Source of the DNA: Raillietiella orientalis
Taxonomy: Eukaryota
Assembly: GCA_036172245.1 (NCBI GenBank)
Contig: JAYWIR010000017.1
Coordinates: 1,860,001-1,924,000, forward strand
Direction: 5' to 3'
DNA: 64,000 nt
Part shown: one piece after another, positions 26,823 to 41,275 of the stretch
Layout of the letters: every line of letters begins with the position of its first letter
Numbering within the stretch: the stretch's first letter is position 1
Program-made: the position numbers and the translations under genes
Notes under the pieces: model-generated
Told to the model about the DNA's origin: nothing
Database searches by the model: none
Seen by the model: only the letters and a program-made list of their open reading frames with translations

Positions 26823-26869
26823 GTTGGTGTTTCGATTTGGAGTGCAACATGCGAATGCGCGCACCGTAG

Positions 26870-27041
26870 ATACATAAACTACTTCGCAACGAGACCGAGT
26901 CCAACCGAGCAAATTCTTAATTTGTGGGAAGCCAGAAATCGAGAGTCTGCTGCAGTAGCTCATCTGCTGGTCATCCTTCAGAGTATTGATCGTCCAGATG
27001 CACTTGAACTCTTATCAAGAGAACAGATAGCTTGGATGTGA
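26870..27041 (+). CDS. unc-5: UNC-5 death domain, last coding exon with stop
   Basis: YINYFATRPSPTEQILNLWEAR...IDRPDA...QIAWM-stop; acceptor cgtag at 26869 after a 47-nt intron. Confidence 0.92.
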
Positions 27042-27545
27042 TCTTATCAACCATGGCTCTTTTCTCGTGACGTGGTGACATTGTACGGGAAAAGCTTGAA
27101 GAGAGCAGTCAGTATTGGAGCTAGAAGAAGAGAGGCGCAGGTTGGGTAGAAGAGTATCTTAGCAGCAGTTCCACTTCCCCCTCCTCGAGCGTTGTGAAGT
27201 GAGCGATATTCACAAATCCTTGCATAACAGGAGAAAGGAAGAAGAAAAAAAAATGTGCCTGTAACAGAAGCTGTGATATCCTTTGTTTTGGGAACTCTCA
27301 AAGATCTGTGATATCAGAATCCTGTCGCTGGTTTTTTATCAATCATGTTCGTAAGCTTCCGAAAGCTTTTTTTTTTTTTTTGTTCTCCGATCCCATCCAG
27401 TGTGCGGCCATTCGGCGAAGGAAAGTTCTGTCGCAGAGTTCTTGATGCAACCGTAGTTTTATAAAACATATGAGAGAGAGGAGATGTTGTCGATAGTCTT
27501 GACCGCATTTTCTACCCGCTGTTATGTTTTAAGACTCATTTTCAA

Positions 27546-27551
27546 AATAAA
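27546..27551 (+). promoter_or_regulatory. Candidate polyadenylation signal for unc-5
   Basis: AATAAA about 500 nt after the unc-5 stop codon; usage unknown. Confidence 0.3.
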
Positions 27552-28819
27552 ACGCGGCCAAACGTTTTTTGGTTTTCATTTGCAAGTGCCCCGAAGAAGA
27601 AAGCTCCACGATCTCGCAGGGCCCTTCTCCGCACTGCGAGTTTCATGTTTCCCATTCACACCCCTCGGATTATCACGTATGTGATGTGCGCAGATGCAGG
27701 GATACGGCATCCGTTCAAACGAGCTCCGTTGCGCGTTTGTCATGCTGTTGCAGAAAGATGCAGTGATACAAGTGTGTGTGAGGATGAAAGCTGGAGGTTA
27801 AGGCTACAAAACCTGCAAGCCCCAACGGATTCATGGAACTCTTGTGTTTTTATCTCTCAAAAAGTCCTGTTTTTTTTTTTTTTTTTTTTTTTTAATTTTG
27901 GAGTGAAAGATGTGGAAGCACGTATATCAAAGAAAGAAACAACAACGACAAAAAAAAAAAAAACAGTGACACAAAAGAGGCTCGAGTGGATAACTGAGGA
28001 AAGTCGAAAGTTAAATGCACCACAGATACTCTACTCGACTCTTCAAACACATGAAAAGGAAATAACCTGAGCTTGCAATAGTGTTCATCCTGAAGAAACA
28101 CACAGTGATGCTTTTAGATAATTTTCTTACCCGTAATTGCCATTAGACATGTGAAATGCCTTCACATGCCTTAATGCCTTAATTTTTTCACAGTACTGAA
28201 CAAAAAATGGTTGACATCTCATTCTCGAGAGTTTTCCTTTTGCTTGTTTTGTCGATCTCAAAGGACCCATCTGGTTCGTATATGTAAGTTCCCTACTTAC
28301 CCACTGTAAGTTTGTGGGAAGAACTCTCGAGTGTTCCCTTTCCGAATAATTTGTATGTTTCGTCGTTTCCTAAAGCTTTTTCCGAAGTTTGCTGAGTAGC
28401 ATTAGAAACTTACTTTGCTATAAGCGGGATGTGCCGGAAGATGTGTTCCTTCGTTGCATAGAGGAGGGAACGCTGTCATTTTCCGAAAGCTTGCACTCTT
28501 GGGGCGATGACTAAAGAACGCGAATGAGCAGCAGTAATTGTAGACAGCTGGTTAAACAGTGGTAAAGCTGAGGGGTCATTCTGGTTCACTTTTTTAATTT
28601 CTTTGGATCTTCCTTCCCGAATGAACGGATACATGGTCTGTCTCATCAATGACAGAAGTTTCCAAAAATGAGCTTTCTGTTCATTCGTGATGTAGGTGAC
28701 TCTTTCTGCAATTCAGTCCCCTTTCTGCAGTCATCTGTTTCAACATGTTCTTGCATGCTAGAGCACTGTCAGAAATAAACCTAACATTTTTCACTTTTTT
28801 AAATACAAAAACGTCAAGA

Positions 28820-29170
28820 TGTAGAAAGGGAGCAGAAGAAAATTGGGGTTGCCAGTATAGTCAAGCAATCAACCCATGCTTTGAAGATTAAGATCCAATT
28901 TATTTTCAATGGATATCGAATGAGAAATTTACACGGCATTAACAGAGGCGTTCAGCTTGGCTTTGACGGTCTAAAACAACTAGAAGGATTGCAATGTGTT
29001 AAACAACCCATTTCAAGCAAACGGCTTAAAGCTGATATCGGATCTTTGGTCAACTGTGAGGTGAACGTCGACAAGATTCAGATGTACTTATCAAGATACA
29101 AAACAAAAGCTAGTCAAGTTTCTGCGCAAACGGAAGCACCGGTTTTGTCACTTTCAGACTGAAGTGTTCT
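28820..29170 (+). mobile_element. Decayed non-LTR retrotransposon RT fragment
   Basis: FIFNGYRMRNLHGINRGVQLG resembles xNG...RGVxQG; the later CEVNVDK resembles GLxVNxxK; no YADD seen. Confidence 0.35.
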
Positions 29171-30899
29171 ATCATGTAATCACATGTGAATTTTGCAGAT
29201 CCTGTTTCGAAACAGATGAACAGAAACACAGTGGCTGTTTATTTCATGTAATGATATTTCATTTTTCAAGATGATGCAAACAAGACGAAGTGAACAAACA
29301 GGAGACTGGATCATCATTTGGCTATCAAATGAATAAAGCAAGGTTCAATGCCTAAAAGAGATGTGTTAATAGCATAGCAAAGGGGAAAATCACAGATTTT
29401 CAAGGACACGTTGATTCCAGAGTTTTCTGAAATCTCGATCGTTGTTAGCTCTAGAAAAACTCTTCACACTGCAGCACACTCGCTCAAGAAGCAACATCTC
29501 TTTCGAAAGTCGTCTCCTCTGGGTTACACTTCGCGCAAGTAGAACCACTGTCTCCGGAAGGATTAAAGTATGAAAATTCAAGGAAATGTTAAATCAGACA
29601 CGTCCTGGAGGAATGAGAGAAACTTGGTGGAGTCTTCCTCGAACAACCATCACGGGCAAAACAGATTCCAATTTCTGTTTTAAGAACTTTTCCGATCATG
29701 TTTTGGCGGTTGAAAGAACTTTCGGAGGAAAAATTTGGTAACAGGACGCAGTGATGGCAATGAAACACCGATCACACGTGGAGTTTTTTTTTTTTTTTAC
29801 ATCAAGTTCCTTTTATGTTTACATCGGTCCATTTGCTTGAATACAGTCCCTTGAAATGAAAAGCAAGGTGTCGAATACTATGATGCTTCATTTGTATCTG
29901 TAAGAACAGTTGTGGTTGTCGAGTCAAATGAGAGTACTTGAATGAGCTAGTAATGACCTTCATGGAAAGTGAAATCACAAATCCGTAGGCGTACGTAACA
30001 TCAAACTTTTGTCCCAGTGGTTATTTGTCAGCGTAGTCATGTAATCTCGTATTCAACGAGTTTTTTGAGCAGTTTCATTGAGATTCATGATCCGTGTGCT
30101 CCTCAGAAAAACAGCTTTGACATCCGTTTGCTCGGACAGTTGGGAAGACGAAATTCCAGTACGAAGATCCAGATGATCTCTCATTAAGGGTAAACAAGTA
30201 TCAAAAAACCAGTGGTTGGGGGAACGATGCAGGCGTTCAGAGGAAAATCGGCAACCTTTTCTTGTTTTGAAAGAACACCCAAGCCTCGAGTACACACATT
30301 GATCACATGAGTGAAGAGTCTTTAAAACAAACACGTTCCTGTGGAAGCCATGAGAAAATGTATGGTGCGATGTGTGTAGTTCAGTCCTTAATAGGAGCTT
30401 CGTATCAGGAGCGTCGTCGATTACTCATCCACGGAGAAAATTCCATCACATTGAGTGAGAATATCAAGATCATTTCGTAATAGGAATTCCATTAAGTATT
30501 GAAGATTTTAATTTCAGGCAGCATTTTATTTGCTTTCTTAAGCGGAAACACTGCGCTTGTTTGTCCTTGCTGTAAGGTGGTCATTCAATCCAGTTCCAGT
30601 CTTTCTCCCCTTCTTGGAAACACGATTTTTCAGAAGGAAGGGAAGCATCCATTCTGGAACCACATTTTCGCTATTTATTTTTTTCTGGAGATCGGATCTA
30701 CAATTTTTCTTGCTGTGCTTGTTGAAGCAGCGTTTTGACGTATCCAAAGGGTCCGAATTGAATGCAGCAGCAAAGTAGATTGATTGGATTTCAGCTAGAA
30801 ATTTTAACCAATCCTCGAATTCCGAGTCAAAGGTCGAGCCTTTCAAGGAAACAAAGAAAATGTTAAATGCTGAGGTCACACAGTTTTCACTGACTACAA

Positions 30900-31180
30900 A
30901 AGCTGCAACTCACAGCCTTTACTTTGCTTTTATTTGGCTCACGCGCGTTTCCGGTGGACATGAGTTCATTTCTAATAGCCTTCGCCCCCTCCTGGCGTCC
31001 TCCCGACGTACAGCTTCAAAGGTGGCACCGACTGAAAAAGTCCTGGTTACATGCCTTCCTGACAACAAATGCGAGATTGTGTTCTGGGAGACTCGGCCCG
31101 CACAGATTAAGCACCGATTTTGTCTTCCTCACAGAAGGAAGTTTCCTGACAAGACCATGTCCTTCTTTGCCTTCTGCTAA
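30900..31180 (-). mobile_element. Decayed non-LTR retrotransposon post-RT fragment
   Basis: Minus strand KLYVGRTPGGGEG resembles the LYxPRxxGGxGL motif. Confidence 0.25.
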
Positions 31181-32773
31181 CGAGCATTTGTTTTCTTTTC
31201 TAAGTGAATAAAGACATCTCCTCATTCATTTTGTGTATCCCAAGTGGGGTTTTTGTCCGGGAAGTAATGAAATGTGTGCGTATAGTAATTAACAGTAGTT
31301 ATAGCTCTGATCTGCAGTGCTGTCGGCTTTCTTTAATTAACACGTGATGTTTGGGGGAGGGGATAACTCTTTATGGTATGTTTTGAAAGGTATGGCCTGT
31401 GTCTGTTTCCCGTCTTGCTGCTTCGGTGATTAAGAAACCATTAAATGTTTGTGTTTGAAAAGCAGTCGTAAATTATACGTGTGGTACTAAAAGCTCGCTT
31501 TTGTTGTCGACGGTTCTACACTTGTTTTTCCAAAAAGAGAAAGCGGCGTGTCCTCAGGAGAGGCTGCTTTAAGGCTCGAATAGTAATTTTCAAGACCTGA
31601 TGAACAAACGTGCTTTGAGAGCTTAAGAAGAAGGAAGAACGAAGGAAGAAGAAAATTGAAGCGGCATGCGAATTTCTTCGAAAATCGAAAGGGAAAAAAA
31701 ACCCTCCAGAATTCACGGAGTATATGCTCAGTGTGGAGCAGAAAAATGGCAAGTGATAATCCTTTCTTAAGAGCAGGGAAACAATCTCAAAGCTGTGGGA
31801 TTGGCACTTGTTGATCGTTCTCATCCTATGTGGTCAGGTGTATCCAGTGAAGTGTCTTTTCAGCTGATCCTTTGAATGTTTTTTAGTGACTTTTCATCCT
31901 TGATTCTCCAGAATAAGTACCAGAAAGGAAATAATCTGTCTCCTCATAAAGATATATTGTGATGATTCTTCCTTTCGATGGGGTCAAACTGAATTTACTG
32001 ATGTCAAAGTTTCTCGATATCACTTCCGGTTTTCGAACTACCGCTGACCCACCGTTTTCTAATTTGCAGAAAGTAAATGGGAAGGCCAGCATTATTCCGC
32101 CATTTTCTTCTGAGCTAATGTCTTTGATAGAGTTGCTCGTTAATCGTCGTGTTTCTCGTCGATGATGAAAACCCCTCTAGCAAACGTTTTCAGCATCATC
32201 CACTGTTCTTTACTTTACATATCTTTGGGAAAACACATTTGATCTTGCTACACATGAGTCACGGATGAAAGCAATGAGCAAGTGCGACTCCCATGTGAAA
32301 GTGATGTGCACCATTTGGGTGCATCTCGGAAGTATCCCTAAAATGTTCCTTGGAATGGTTGCTCGTCCACTGTTGACTACGATGCTTTCTTCAGTTTTTC
32401 ATTTCAAACAGCACCACAGTTTGAGGAGATTCGAGTAAACTCGAAGCCTCATTTCAGTGTGTTCATCGTCATGCCCCCACTTGTCTTCTGTCTTCTCAGT
32501 TTCCGTTTATGTATTCTACAAATTTCGCTTTAGTATCGTAATCGTACTTATAGTAAAAAGTTTGATCGTTTCCCTTTTCTGTAGAATAACTCATTATCTT
32601 GTACCTTCATTTGTATTTCGCACTTATTGCTCTTCAGTTTCTTTGAAGGTAACACAGCTTGTTTTTCTAATCTCATGCTTTTTATGAGGTTAAACTTGAG
32701 GAAAAGTGGTCACTTGCGTCATAAATAGTTCTTTCCCTTCTCCTTTGTTAATTTCTTTTTCTTCTTTCTACCC

Positions 32774-33175
32774 ATGCCTTGTGATGTGGAATGGACAATC
32801 CATTGCTGGGACGAAGAAAAAAGGACGGTGGAAGCGGGTGAGTTTTTGCGGGTCAATACCGGTAAACATGAGAAGCATGGATTATTGGAGAATCGCTTCT
32901 CGCACCACAAACCACACAGAAGTGAACTGCTCTTTGGGATGATTCACAACGTTTCCCGGTTGTTGATCCGTGGTACACTCCCCCAGGTGCAGGATATCAA
33001 ATTTGCGTTTGACAGAGAAAAGACGATGTGCAGACACGCTGAAGGAAGCTCCAGAAAGTTCCTCAGACATTCAGCAGAAAAATGCATGCATTGTAGTCCT
33101 AGCAACCAAGTTTTCTGCATGTCTCCATCTTGCTGCATGGACGCTGAGAAACAAAAAGTTCATGCAGAAAGATAG
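32774..33175 (+). mobile_element. Decayed non-LTR (R2/NeSL-like) C-terminal zinc-knuckle fragment
   Basis: LLIRGTLP...MCRHAEGSSRKFLRHSAEKC resembles R.n.LP...CRxC...ETxxHxxxxC. Confidence 0.3.
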
Positions 33176-35499
33176 GCTTCAATAAGTTTCAACTTCTGTT
33201 GGAAGAAGAACTTATGAAATGGCAGTAAGGCATATTACTGTGCCTTCGGGTAAAGTAACAGCCTCTTCCTCCTCATTTCAAAGGTGCTTACAGTCTACAG
33301 CTTATTTAATTTTATGGACTTTATTTTTTGACTTTGATCTTTGTGCTTCTGGTTAATGAACAACAGAAAGATTTTTTTTTTTTTGGAGTCCTTTAGAATT
33401 TTGTCAATGAGAAATTCCATCCAATCAGATGTTCAATCACTCCAGCTACTGGTTTTTTTCTTCCCGCAAATTAAAGTTGCTGTTGCCATCGCCCAGCAAT
33501 TGCACTCCCTCATGCTTTCTGCTTTTCATTTTCGTCGTCCATATGGGAGTGCCAATCGTTCTTTCTCATATGCACAGCGTTGTAACTATGTTTCATGAAA
33601 GGTCAAAATGCCGAGAGCATGATTTGCACTGAATCTGAGTGCTGCTTTCCATGACTGTGTTTATATCATCATAGTATCTACAACGCATACTCCGTGGAGA
33701 CCCCGGATGACTTTCTTCTTACTGAGTGTTACATACGTTTGCTCATTCCTTACTTTGTTGTCGGTAAAGACGACTCCTTTCTTACTAGTTACTTTTAATA
33801 GCACGTTTTACATCTGTCAGCTACTCCCATAGTTCCCCAACCAGATCCCTTTCCCATTCCGTCTCACAGCTTCGAAACAGCAGATGTTTCCCCTTATAGA
33901 TTTGCAGACTTGCGCAATTCATAATTTTGAAATGTGCAGCAACCGCTTTTATTTTGCGACTGAAAAGTCTGGCTTCACTTGTTTGCTTTTCTGTATGAGT
34001 CCAAAAATTTCGGCTTTTTTAAGCTGATTTGGTGAAAGCATTTTCGGGATTCTTTTCCTGGACCTTTTTCCACCGACTCTGCAGCACCTTGAGACGAAGA
34101 TGTGAAGACCTGATTTTGGGGACTCAGATATCATCATCACAAGTTATCTGCAAGCTTCCACAAATCTGAGAGGACACCCTACGATTTCTTGAAATAAACC
34201 ATGAGGCGTCAACCAACTTTCACATCTTCACTGTTTGTTGACAAAGCTCCAGTCGCTGTGAGCGCAGCTGAAAGCAAAAAAACTTAGGTATCAGTGCGAA
34301 GGTTCCTGCTTGAAAAAAAATGTGAGTACAGGGAGATGGCATCTGATTCTTGGAGATCTCACTGATAGTAGTGCGTCTTAAATCTTTGTTACTCTTTTCC
34401 AAATCATCCTGCTTGCGAGCAGTCACACATGGGTGTTCAAGTATCTCTTCGAAGCGCCCTTCCCTTCTTATTGCCCGCGTAAATCTTTCCTTACTTTAAA
34501 CGTTTTTACCGTCGAAAAGTGGACTATTTTCTAGTCATTGCAAACAAAGTGGGAATCTCAGTTCTCCATGCATCTGTTTCATTTTTTTCTACGACGTGAA
34601 TTCTCTTCCCTGCTGACAGGATTGAGACTGCATCCTCGCGCAAATTATTGTTACAGCATTACATCGCTTCAGATTTCCACTGATTTTTCGCATCAGTCAC
34701 TGATTGGAACATGTTCTCCACCGTTCTGTATAATCGAAGTTTTTCCTCGAAAAGTGAATTACAAAGTGAACTGTGCAAGAATCATTTCTTCGGGGTCCCC
34801 ACATGGAAATACTGTGGGATTTTTGCACTCCAGATGCTTCGATTTTCCTCTAAAATCTCCAATAGTGTTGTAGCAGTAGGAAAGTAATTAAACCATAAAA
34901 ATAGCTTTCGAATTTCGATGACCATGATTGAAGTACTGAATGAATAGCGTTTTGTACTTAGACTACCTAGTGCTTCCTTTGCGTCCGTTCTGCGCTACCG
35001 ACGAACAACGCACGTGACCTAAAACGAACCTCCAAACTTGATAAGTGTTTTCTTTCCATATGCTAAGACAGATTCTCTGGTATGAATTCACAAAATCAAA
35101 GGCGTGCTTATTATCCATCAAATCAAACGCTGATGAATCCACAATGCAACACGAAAAATGCAAGGAAAGTAGAAAAAGAAAGTATATTGGGAAATCGTCC
35201 GTCCAAGAGTCGGAACCCAGAACTGAGAAATGCAGTGTGAATCTCACTGCAGTCATCGTTGAGTGGAAACGAGAAGGATCCGCTATGCTCCTCATTTCCA
35301 TCTCATCTCACTCACTTTTTTTTTGTTTTGGCTTTTTCCATTTCATAATACAGAAATAATCGCAAGTGGTAATTTTCGAGACAGCGTGGGTTCTTCAATG
35401 CTTTCTTGGCTTTCATAAGAATTTGCTTCTGCACGTACTGCTGAGAGAAAATCAGGGATGCACACAGCACACACTGTTGGGTTCCGTTTGCAGGACAAC

Positions 35500-36800
35500 T
35501 GAGTGTCCTTTAAAGTTTACACACGATCAGATAGATACTCAAGTTTTTTCTTCTCAGACCATGTGACGCTGTTGATTTTCTTAATAGCGTGATTATATTT
35601 TTCGAGTACAAGGATAAGGGAATTATTCCGATGAAATATCCTTCAGGGAAACAATCCCAAGAAATCTTAGGTCAGCCTTCACATTCAAAAGTCTAAAGCG
35701 GCTCCATACTTGCTCAAAGCAATGAGCTCGGACAACCATATTTTCCTACAAAGAGAAAAGTTTAGTTGTGTTGTTTCCGAGGAATGTACTTGGAATTTAG
35801 TGTGCATGTGCTGTGAATGCTCTATGAATGAACGGGATTTAAAGGAAGCAATAGAGAATACTTTTGATCTACTATGTGAAGATGAGACATCTTTCACGAC
35901 TGATATCAAAATGAATCAAGAGCCCAAATCCTTTGATGCCCCATAGAGTGAAAAATGATCTGATCAAATAATTGCCTGTATCATCGACCAAGAAGTAATA
36001 AATGCATCGACATGGTGAGTGATTTATAGGTGAATTGAATGATCATTTTCAAGTCATCACTAATGTTTTCCTAATACGAAAGTTATTCCTAAGATACAAG
36101 CTTTCATTGTGAAAGGTTCCATCATCTTCCCTGAGGAAGACCTCGGTTATTTAGTAAGATTGACAAATCCACATTATTCCGCGTCCTCATTCTTCGATTT
36201 GATTGCCTTTCGTTACGATTTATATCCTTAGTGATTTCTGGAAGTGCATCATTTAGATTACTTGATGGAACTCATCCTGAACTGAGATTTAATCGATGTT
36301 GCTTTTACGTACATAATTGATAGAAAGTGCTTTTAAGTCTGGAAGTCTGGAAAGATGAATCTGGAAGAGCAAAAGCAGTTATATATCTATGTCTATTTGA
36401 GTGTCACACATCCCTAGTAAGGGAGAGGGATATTGAAGATTGTGCAGAAATATTGAAATCTTTCTATTGAGAATACAAACTCATTTTTATAATTGCCTCA
36501 ACAAGATAGTCAAAGATTGGTTATTCCATCCACCATCCACATCAGTCCTTTCCTTTAACTCAAACAAAGATGCCCTCAATATGCGATTTTCTACTACTCA
36601 GCTGCAATGTGAACACCATATTTTTTGTAGCATTTGAAAATCATACTGTTGAAGATCTCGTTGAAGGATTTTTTCAACGAATATCTTGAATTCTCAGCTT
36701 CCTCGGATTTTCTTATTACTCCCATTATAAGATTGGATTGTTGCAACTACGCATCATTAAAGGGAATAGTAAAGTAATTAAACAGTTTCTTCTTTGTTTT
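35500..36800 (-). mobile_element. Decayed non-LTR retrotransposon RT region
   Basis: Minus strand NRGLPQG at about 36128-36148 and FLVDDT at about 35977-35995, roughly 48 codons apart as expected for RT motifs QG and YADD; many stops; boundaries approximate. Confidence 0.4.
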
Positions 36801-39800
36801 GCACCATCTTTTATCGAAGTTATGCGAGTTGTACCTCACCTAGCAAGCCTGTACTATGTAATAGTCTTCCCGTGCCAATTGATGTTAATCTAATCTTGCA
36901 CCTTTTCTTTAGCCCTTAAGATACTTAGAGAGATAGAGACAAGATAGTCCTTAAACGTGATTCTGGCCTGTATGTATTTACTTGTTTTATGAAAGTGCTG
37001 CTTTGGCTCTTTGACCTTATTTTGTGCACATGTTTTTGTAATTGCACACCTGTTTCAACCCAGTCCTCTTGTTTTGTATTTTCTTTGTCTTCCAGCATCG
37101 ACATACTGCTCCATTTATACAACTGTGAACATGGGAACCATTTGCTAACAAACTGGGTTCATTACTCTACACGAATTACGACTTTCTTTGCAGTTGTGTG
37201 TACTGCAATTGCCAAAGATCAGAAAGGAGATTGCCTTTTAGGGACGAGTTCAGAATAGAAGGAAAAAAAAAAATGAGATCTTTGCCTTATTAAGACTGAG
37301 AGCATCAGAAGCCATTTCCCCGTTCCCATTTAATCTTCTGCTTCTATGCCTAGAAAGTAAGATTACCGAATCCGGTACCCCACTCTCAAAGCATGGCTGG
37401 TAAGCGGTTATTAGATTTTGTCATTATGTTGAAACTGTTTCTGTAGAACTGAAGCATATTGTCGCTGCTAATCAAGCAGTTTATCAATCTAGGACACTAT
37501 TCTACACGATTCTCGTCAAGGAGAACCTAGAAGCCATAACTGCTGCAGAAGATTTCTTTAAGCGTCCAGTTTTTCCTTTGATTCCAACATCCATGGTATA
37601 TAGGTAACCATGAGCTGAAATCCAAGCTCGGCGTGTGGGATTGTAATTTTGTAAAGCGGTTTTGTTTTGATTTTAACGCGTTATGCTAACTGAGAAAATT
37701 TGTATCTTTTTTTTTTTTTTTTTCGTCGTGAAAAGCAATTAGCCGTTATCGGATCTTTGTCATCTGTTTGCTCACCATGTCTTTTGTCTCACTACAGGTC
37801 GCTGTACCTCGCCAGCAGACCCTTGGTATTATGCGCTGAATAACTGCGCTTTCAATAACTGAGAATTTTTAAAATTTTTGGGAAACTCCTTTTGGAGATC
37901 TCTGTTGTAGCAAAAAGCCACGTGTGCGAGGGTGTACCGAGAGCATTTACAAGGTCAATTACCGGAGCACTACGCAATCGTAGGATCCCTTTGCCAGTGC
38001 TCTAATGTTTTGTTAGGACCAAGTGGGGAAGTGGATCACCTGCTGTTGTTTGTGACTCCTTTTCCCCTGCGTTAAAAATAGGTGCTCTTCTAGGCAACTT
38101 CCCCTTAGACCAATCATCTGTTGTGTAAACAGTTTGGCTTCCCGAAAAATGCCTTCTCGGCTGAAATTCATGACCAATTTTACGGTGGGGTGCTTTTTGT
38201 CGGTAGAATGTTCGTCGAAGTTCCTCGCGGTGTGCAGTGCTTCGGGGCTGAAGAGAGCACCAGTGATGCACAAAATGAAAGACCAACAAACACAGTTGAT
38301 TAAAGCTTGCAACGAATCACCAGGGGCGCTTTCTTTCGAGGTGGAAAGTCAGTCCCCCTTCCCTGCAGTTCCAATCTTGTGCCGAGTGATTTTCATTTGT
38401 TTTGGGCCCTGAAGGAATATCTCGGAGGTAAACTCCCAGATGATTTTCATGTGCGAGAGCCCATTCGAGACTGATGAGAAAATCTTGAGGGCGATTCGCA
38501 CTGCTTGACCAGCGACGAAATCCTATCCCACTCTATGGAGAGCATGAGGTCCTGTTAGATGATGTTAGGGATGAGAAACAGTTGTTACTGCCATACCTGC
38601 CATGATCAGTTGCCAGCAGCAGATTCCTTTTTTAACTATCCAACTCTATATGAAACTTTTTCCTCTCTTGGTTGTATCGATCCAGAGATTGTTGTAGCGA
38701 GCTGGAGCAAAGCATTTGCAACATCGACGAGCATGGACCCTCCAGGCTTCGTGAATTCCTCTTAGTGCTTTTAAAATTATGTACTTCTGTTCGAATGGTC
38801 AAGGCGAGAATGATCTTGAAATTTCATATTTTAATCAGTGTGGTTATCATTGATAATTATCGTAATCAAGGTTGTAATTATTGCTAGCGTTGTTAATCCT
38901 GTTCTCAGATGCATATTTCGAATGTTGTGTTGGTTCCCACATGTGATCCCGCGGATCGTTCGGAGATAGCATTGCGATCGCGGATGACCGGGGTCTGTTT
39001 TCCCTGAAATCTTCATTAGCTTTGCAGGAATGGCCACGAGATATACCAATAAACGTGCTGAAGAAATACGATGCAGGCAGTTTCCGGCTTGGAAGTGTAA
39101 GGCTTCCTCCCACCGGCAACCATGGCGCTCTTTCATGCAGGGAACGTCTACGACCCGTTGAGCTTCTCTTAGGCGAGCTGCGCAGAAACAATCCGCTTCC
39201 AGGGAATAAATACTCAGCTACGTGTGTGTGTTTGGAATTTTATAGAACGGTGTCTGGAGTCTTACTGTGAAGAATGCTTTTCCATGTTGCAGATGCGAAA
39301 CTTTCTCTGGCTGAGATCACGGAGCTTATCTCTGTTCCCATCGCATGGGAAGGATCTCCTTGATTTGATGAACTTTGCTTCCTGTGTTCTCCATTAGTTT
39401 TGTTTCAGTAACGATCTCCCTCGAAGAGCTTCTCCAAAAAATTGGCTTACCACTTCCGAGTAGGAACCTATGTCTGAAGGATGCCTTGCACCCTCGAAAT
39501 TTCGAATCGCCCTCTTCGAGGCAGCCGCTATCCTCCTTCCTCTGTCTCGGAAACAAAAAAAGAACGACACGTGGCAAGCTACTGAGATCAAGGCTCGCAC
39601 ACAAACTTATGGTCGGAGAGTTTCCACAGCGACACGATGCGCATGGCTCCGAGTGCTGGGTATGGAAGTTTACTCTCCTTGATGGGGTCACCAGATGTAA
39701 ACTTTCTCTTATTCCCCGATACCTGGCTGGAAGGAGGCATCTATTCTGCGGCGCGAAAGAGCGCTGTCGATCCTTTCTGGCCGTGAGGTCACGAGCTGCG

Positions 39801-41254
39801 AATCAGAGTCTCTGGGACCCGGCCGAGTTGGTCCAGATAGTGCGAAGATTAAGTGCCGAAGCGATGTCCATCGGAGACGTCTTCCTTGCGGTCGACTGAG
39901 AGTTGCCAACGGGACCTGGACGGACTCGGAAAGTTTCCTCATCGAGGAAGACCCGTGCGTTCCCGAGACCCTCATTCCGTCTCCTTTTCCTCGTTTCCGT
40001 CGTTGGGACGGCAAGACCTTCCCTGTATGCGGGACTCCTTCGTTCCTTGCAATTCCCACACTGGCGCTCCCTCCTTCTTCCTGCTTTTGGAAAGTCAGGC
40101 GAAGTTTTCACTGGGACTGGTCTCACTCGCAGCTGCCTCCCCATCCCCAAAGAGATACCTCAGCAGCTCTGGGAGGTGCTGGCAAGGAAAAAATCAGCAA
40201 CCAAAGCAGAAGCGGCAGCAGTAGACCTAATGGGCGTACATCAAGAATTCCTTCCGGAAGAGGTATTGTGTTGTGGACACAACTGGCCGTTCGGTGGGAG
40301 AGGAGCTGCCACTGCCGTGTGAGACCTCCGCTTCTCAGAAACGAAGGAACACTGGGAGCATCGAGAGCAGCAAGCCCTCTCCCCGCGAAAGCCCCGACTG
40401 GTTCCTCTTTCCCAAGCCTGCGCCCTCGGGAGAGGCCGGTTCGAGCGAGAATGCTCTGGAAAGATGGCAAGAGACACCAGAGGGGGTGGTCGACATCGTG
40501 CTATTACTTTTGCTTTGTGGACCACAACGACTGTAGCTTCAGCCGCTGCATTATTCAGAGGTACCTTCCTTCCCGGGTCCCTCGTGGTTCACGAACCCGC
40601 CCACAGAGCCACCAAGGATCGGCCTTTCCACTGTCATAAGATCCCTGGATGGAATATGATGATATCCAAGAGAAGCTGATGAGTGGATGGTTGCCTTCGT
40701 CTCCTCACGATAACCGTGCGCGCGCTCCCGCCTCCGCGAAGGCGGCCTCCCGAAGGAAAGAGCTGAGTGGACATCCTCCGTCTCCTGTAGTCTGCGACCC
40801 TTCCTCCCGTTAGCTGCTGCTTCACCTTTCTGCTTCCTCCTCCCCCTCTTCCTGCTTCCTCCATCGCCGGATTTCCCTCAGCATCAAGGTGCCCGGGCGT
40901 CGCAGTTTCCATCGCGAAGGCTTTCTCTCCGGTCCTGCGGCCCGGAAGCCAGTGGTGTGTCCCTCCGTGCTTCCCCCTCCCTTCCTTCCTTGCTTCCTCC
41001 GCGCGGGGCGATGCTGCCCGCCGCGGGGAGGCACCGAGCTACCACCACCGTTGCCTGGAAGAAAAGATCCTGGCTCGGTTGCCCGCCGACCCTTCCGCTT
41101 GAGGGAGCAGCGAACTTTCCGACTCCGGAGGGGAGCTCGGCGTCCTTCCCTTCCCCCTCACCCGCGACACGTTTGCCTGGAACATGACGCGGCCGCGCGA
41201 GGGCGCCCAGAAGCGCCGCCTCGGGGTTGCCTGCCCGCAACAAGGCCGAGACGT

Positions 41255-41275
41255 CTATTTATAGCGCGCGCGCGC
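41255..41275. promoter_or_regulatory. TATA-like / MEF2-consensus box followed by an alternating GC run
   Basis: CTATTTATAG (CTATAAATAG on the minus strand) is an isolated AT patch in very GC-rich sequence, followed by CGCGCGCGCGC. Confidence 0.4.

Noticed and set aside
38470..38530. CTGATGA...CGAAA hammerhead-like motif
   Set aside because: No convincing stem II or stem III pairing.
39022..39270. GSVRLPP...RLRPVELL read as the RT motif of a third LINE copy
   Set aside because: The following sequence fits an endonuclease start better; GNHGALSC may instead be a decayed ORF1 zinc knuckle. Left unresolved.
39890..39960. Minus-strand SMRKLSESVQVPLATLSR resembling a transposase helix-turn-helix
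   Set aside because: No DDE domain or TIRs nearby; the + strand fits the colinear LINE endonuclease better.
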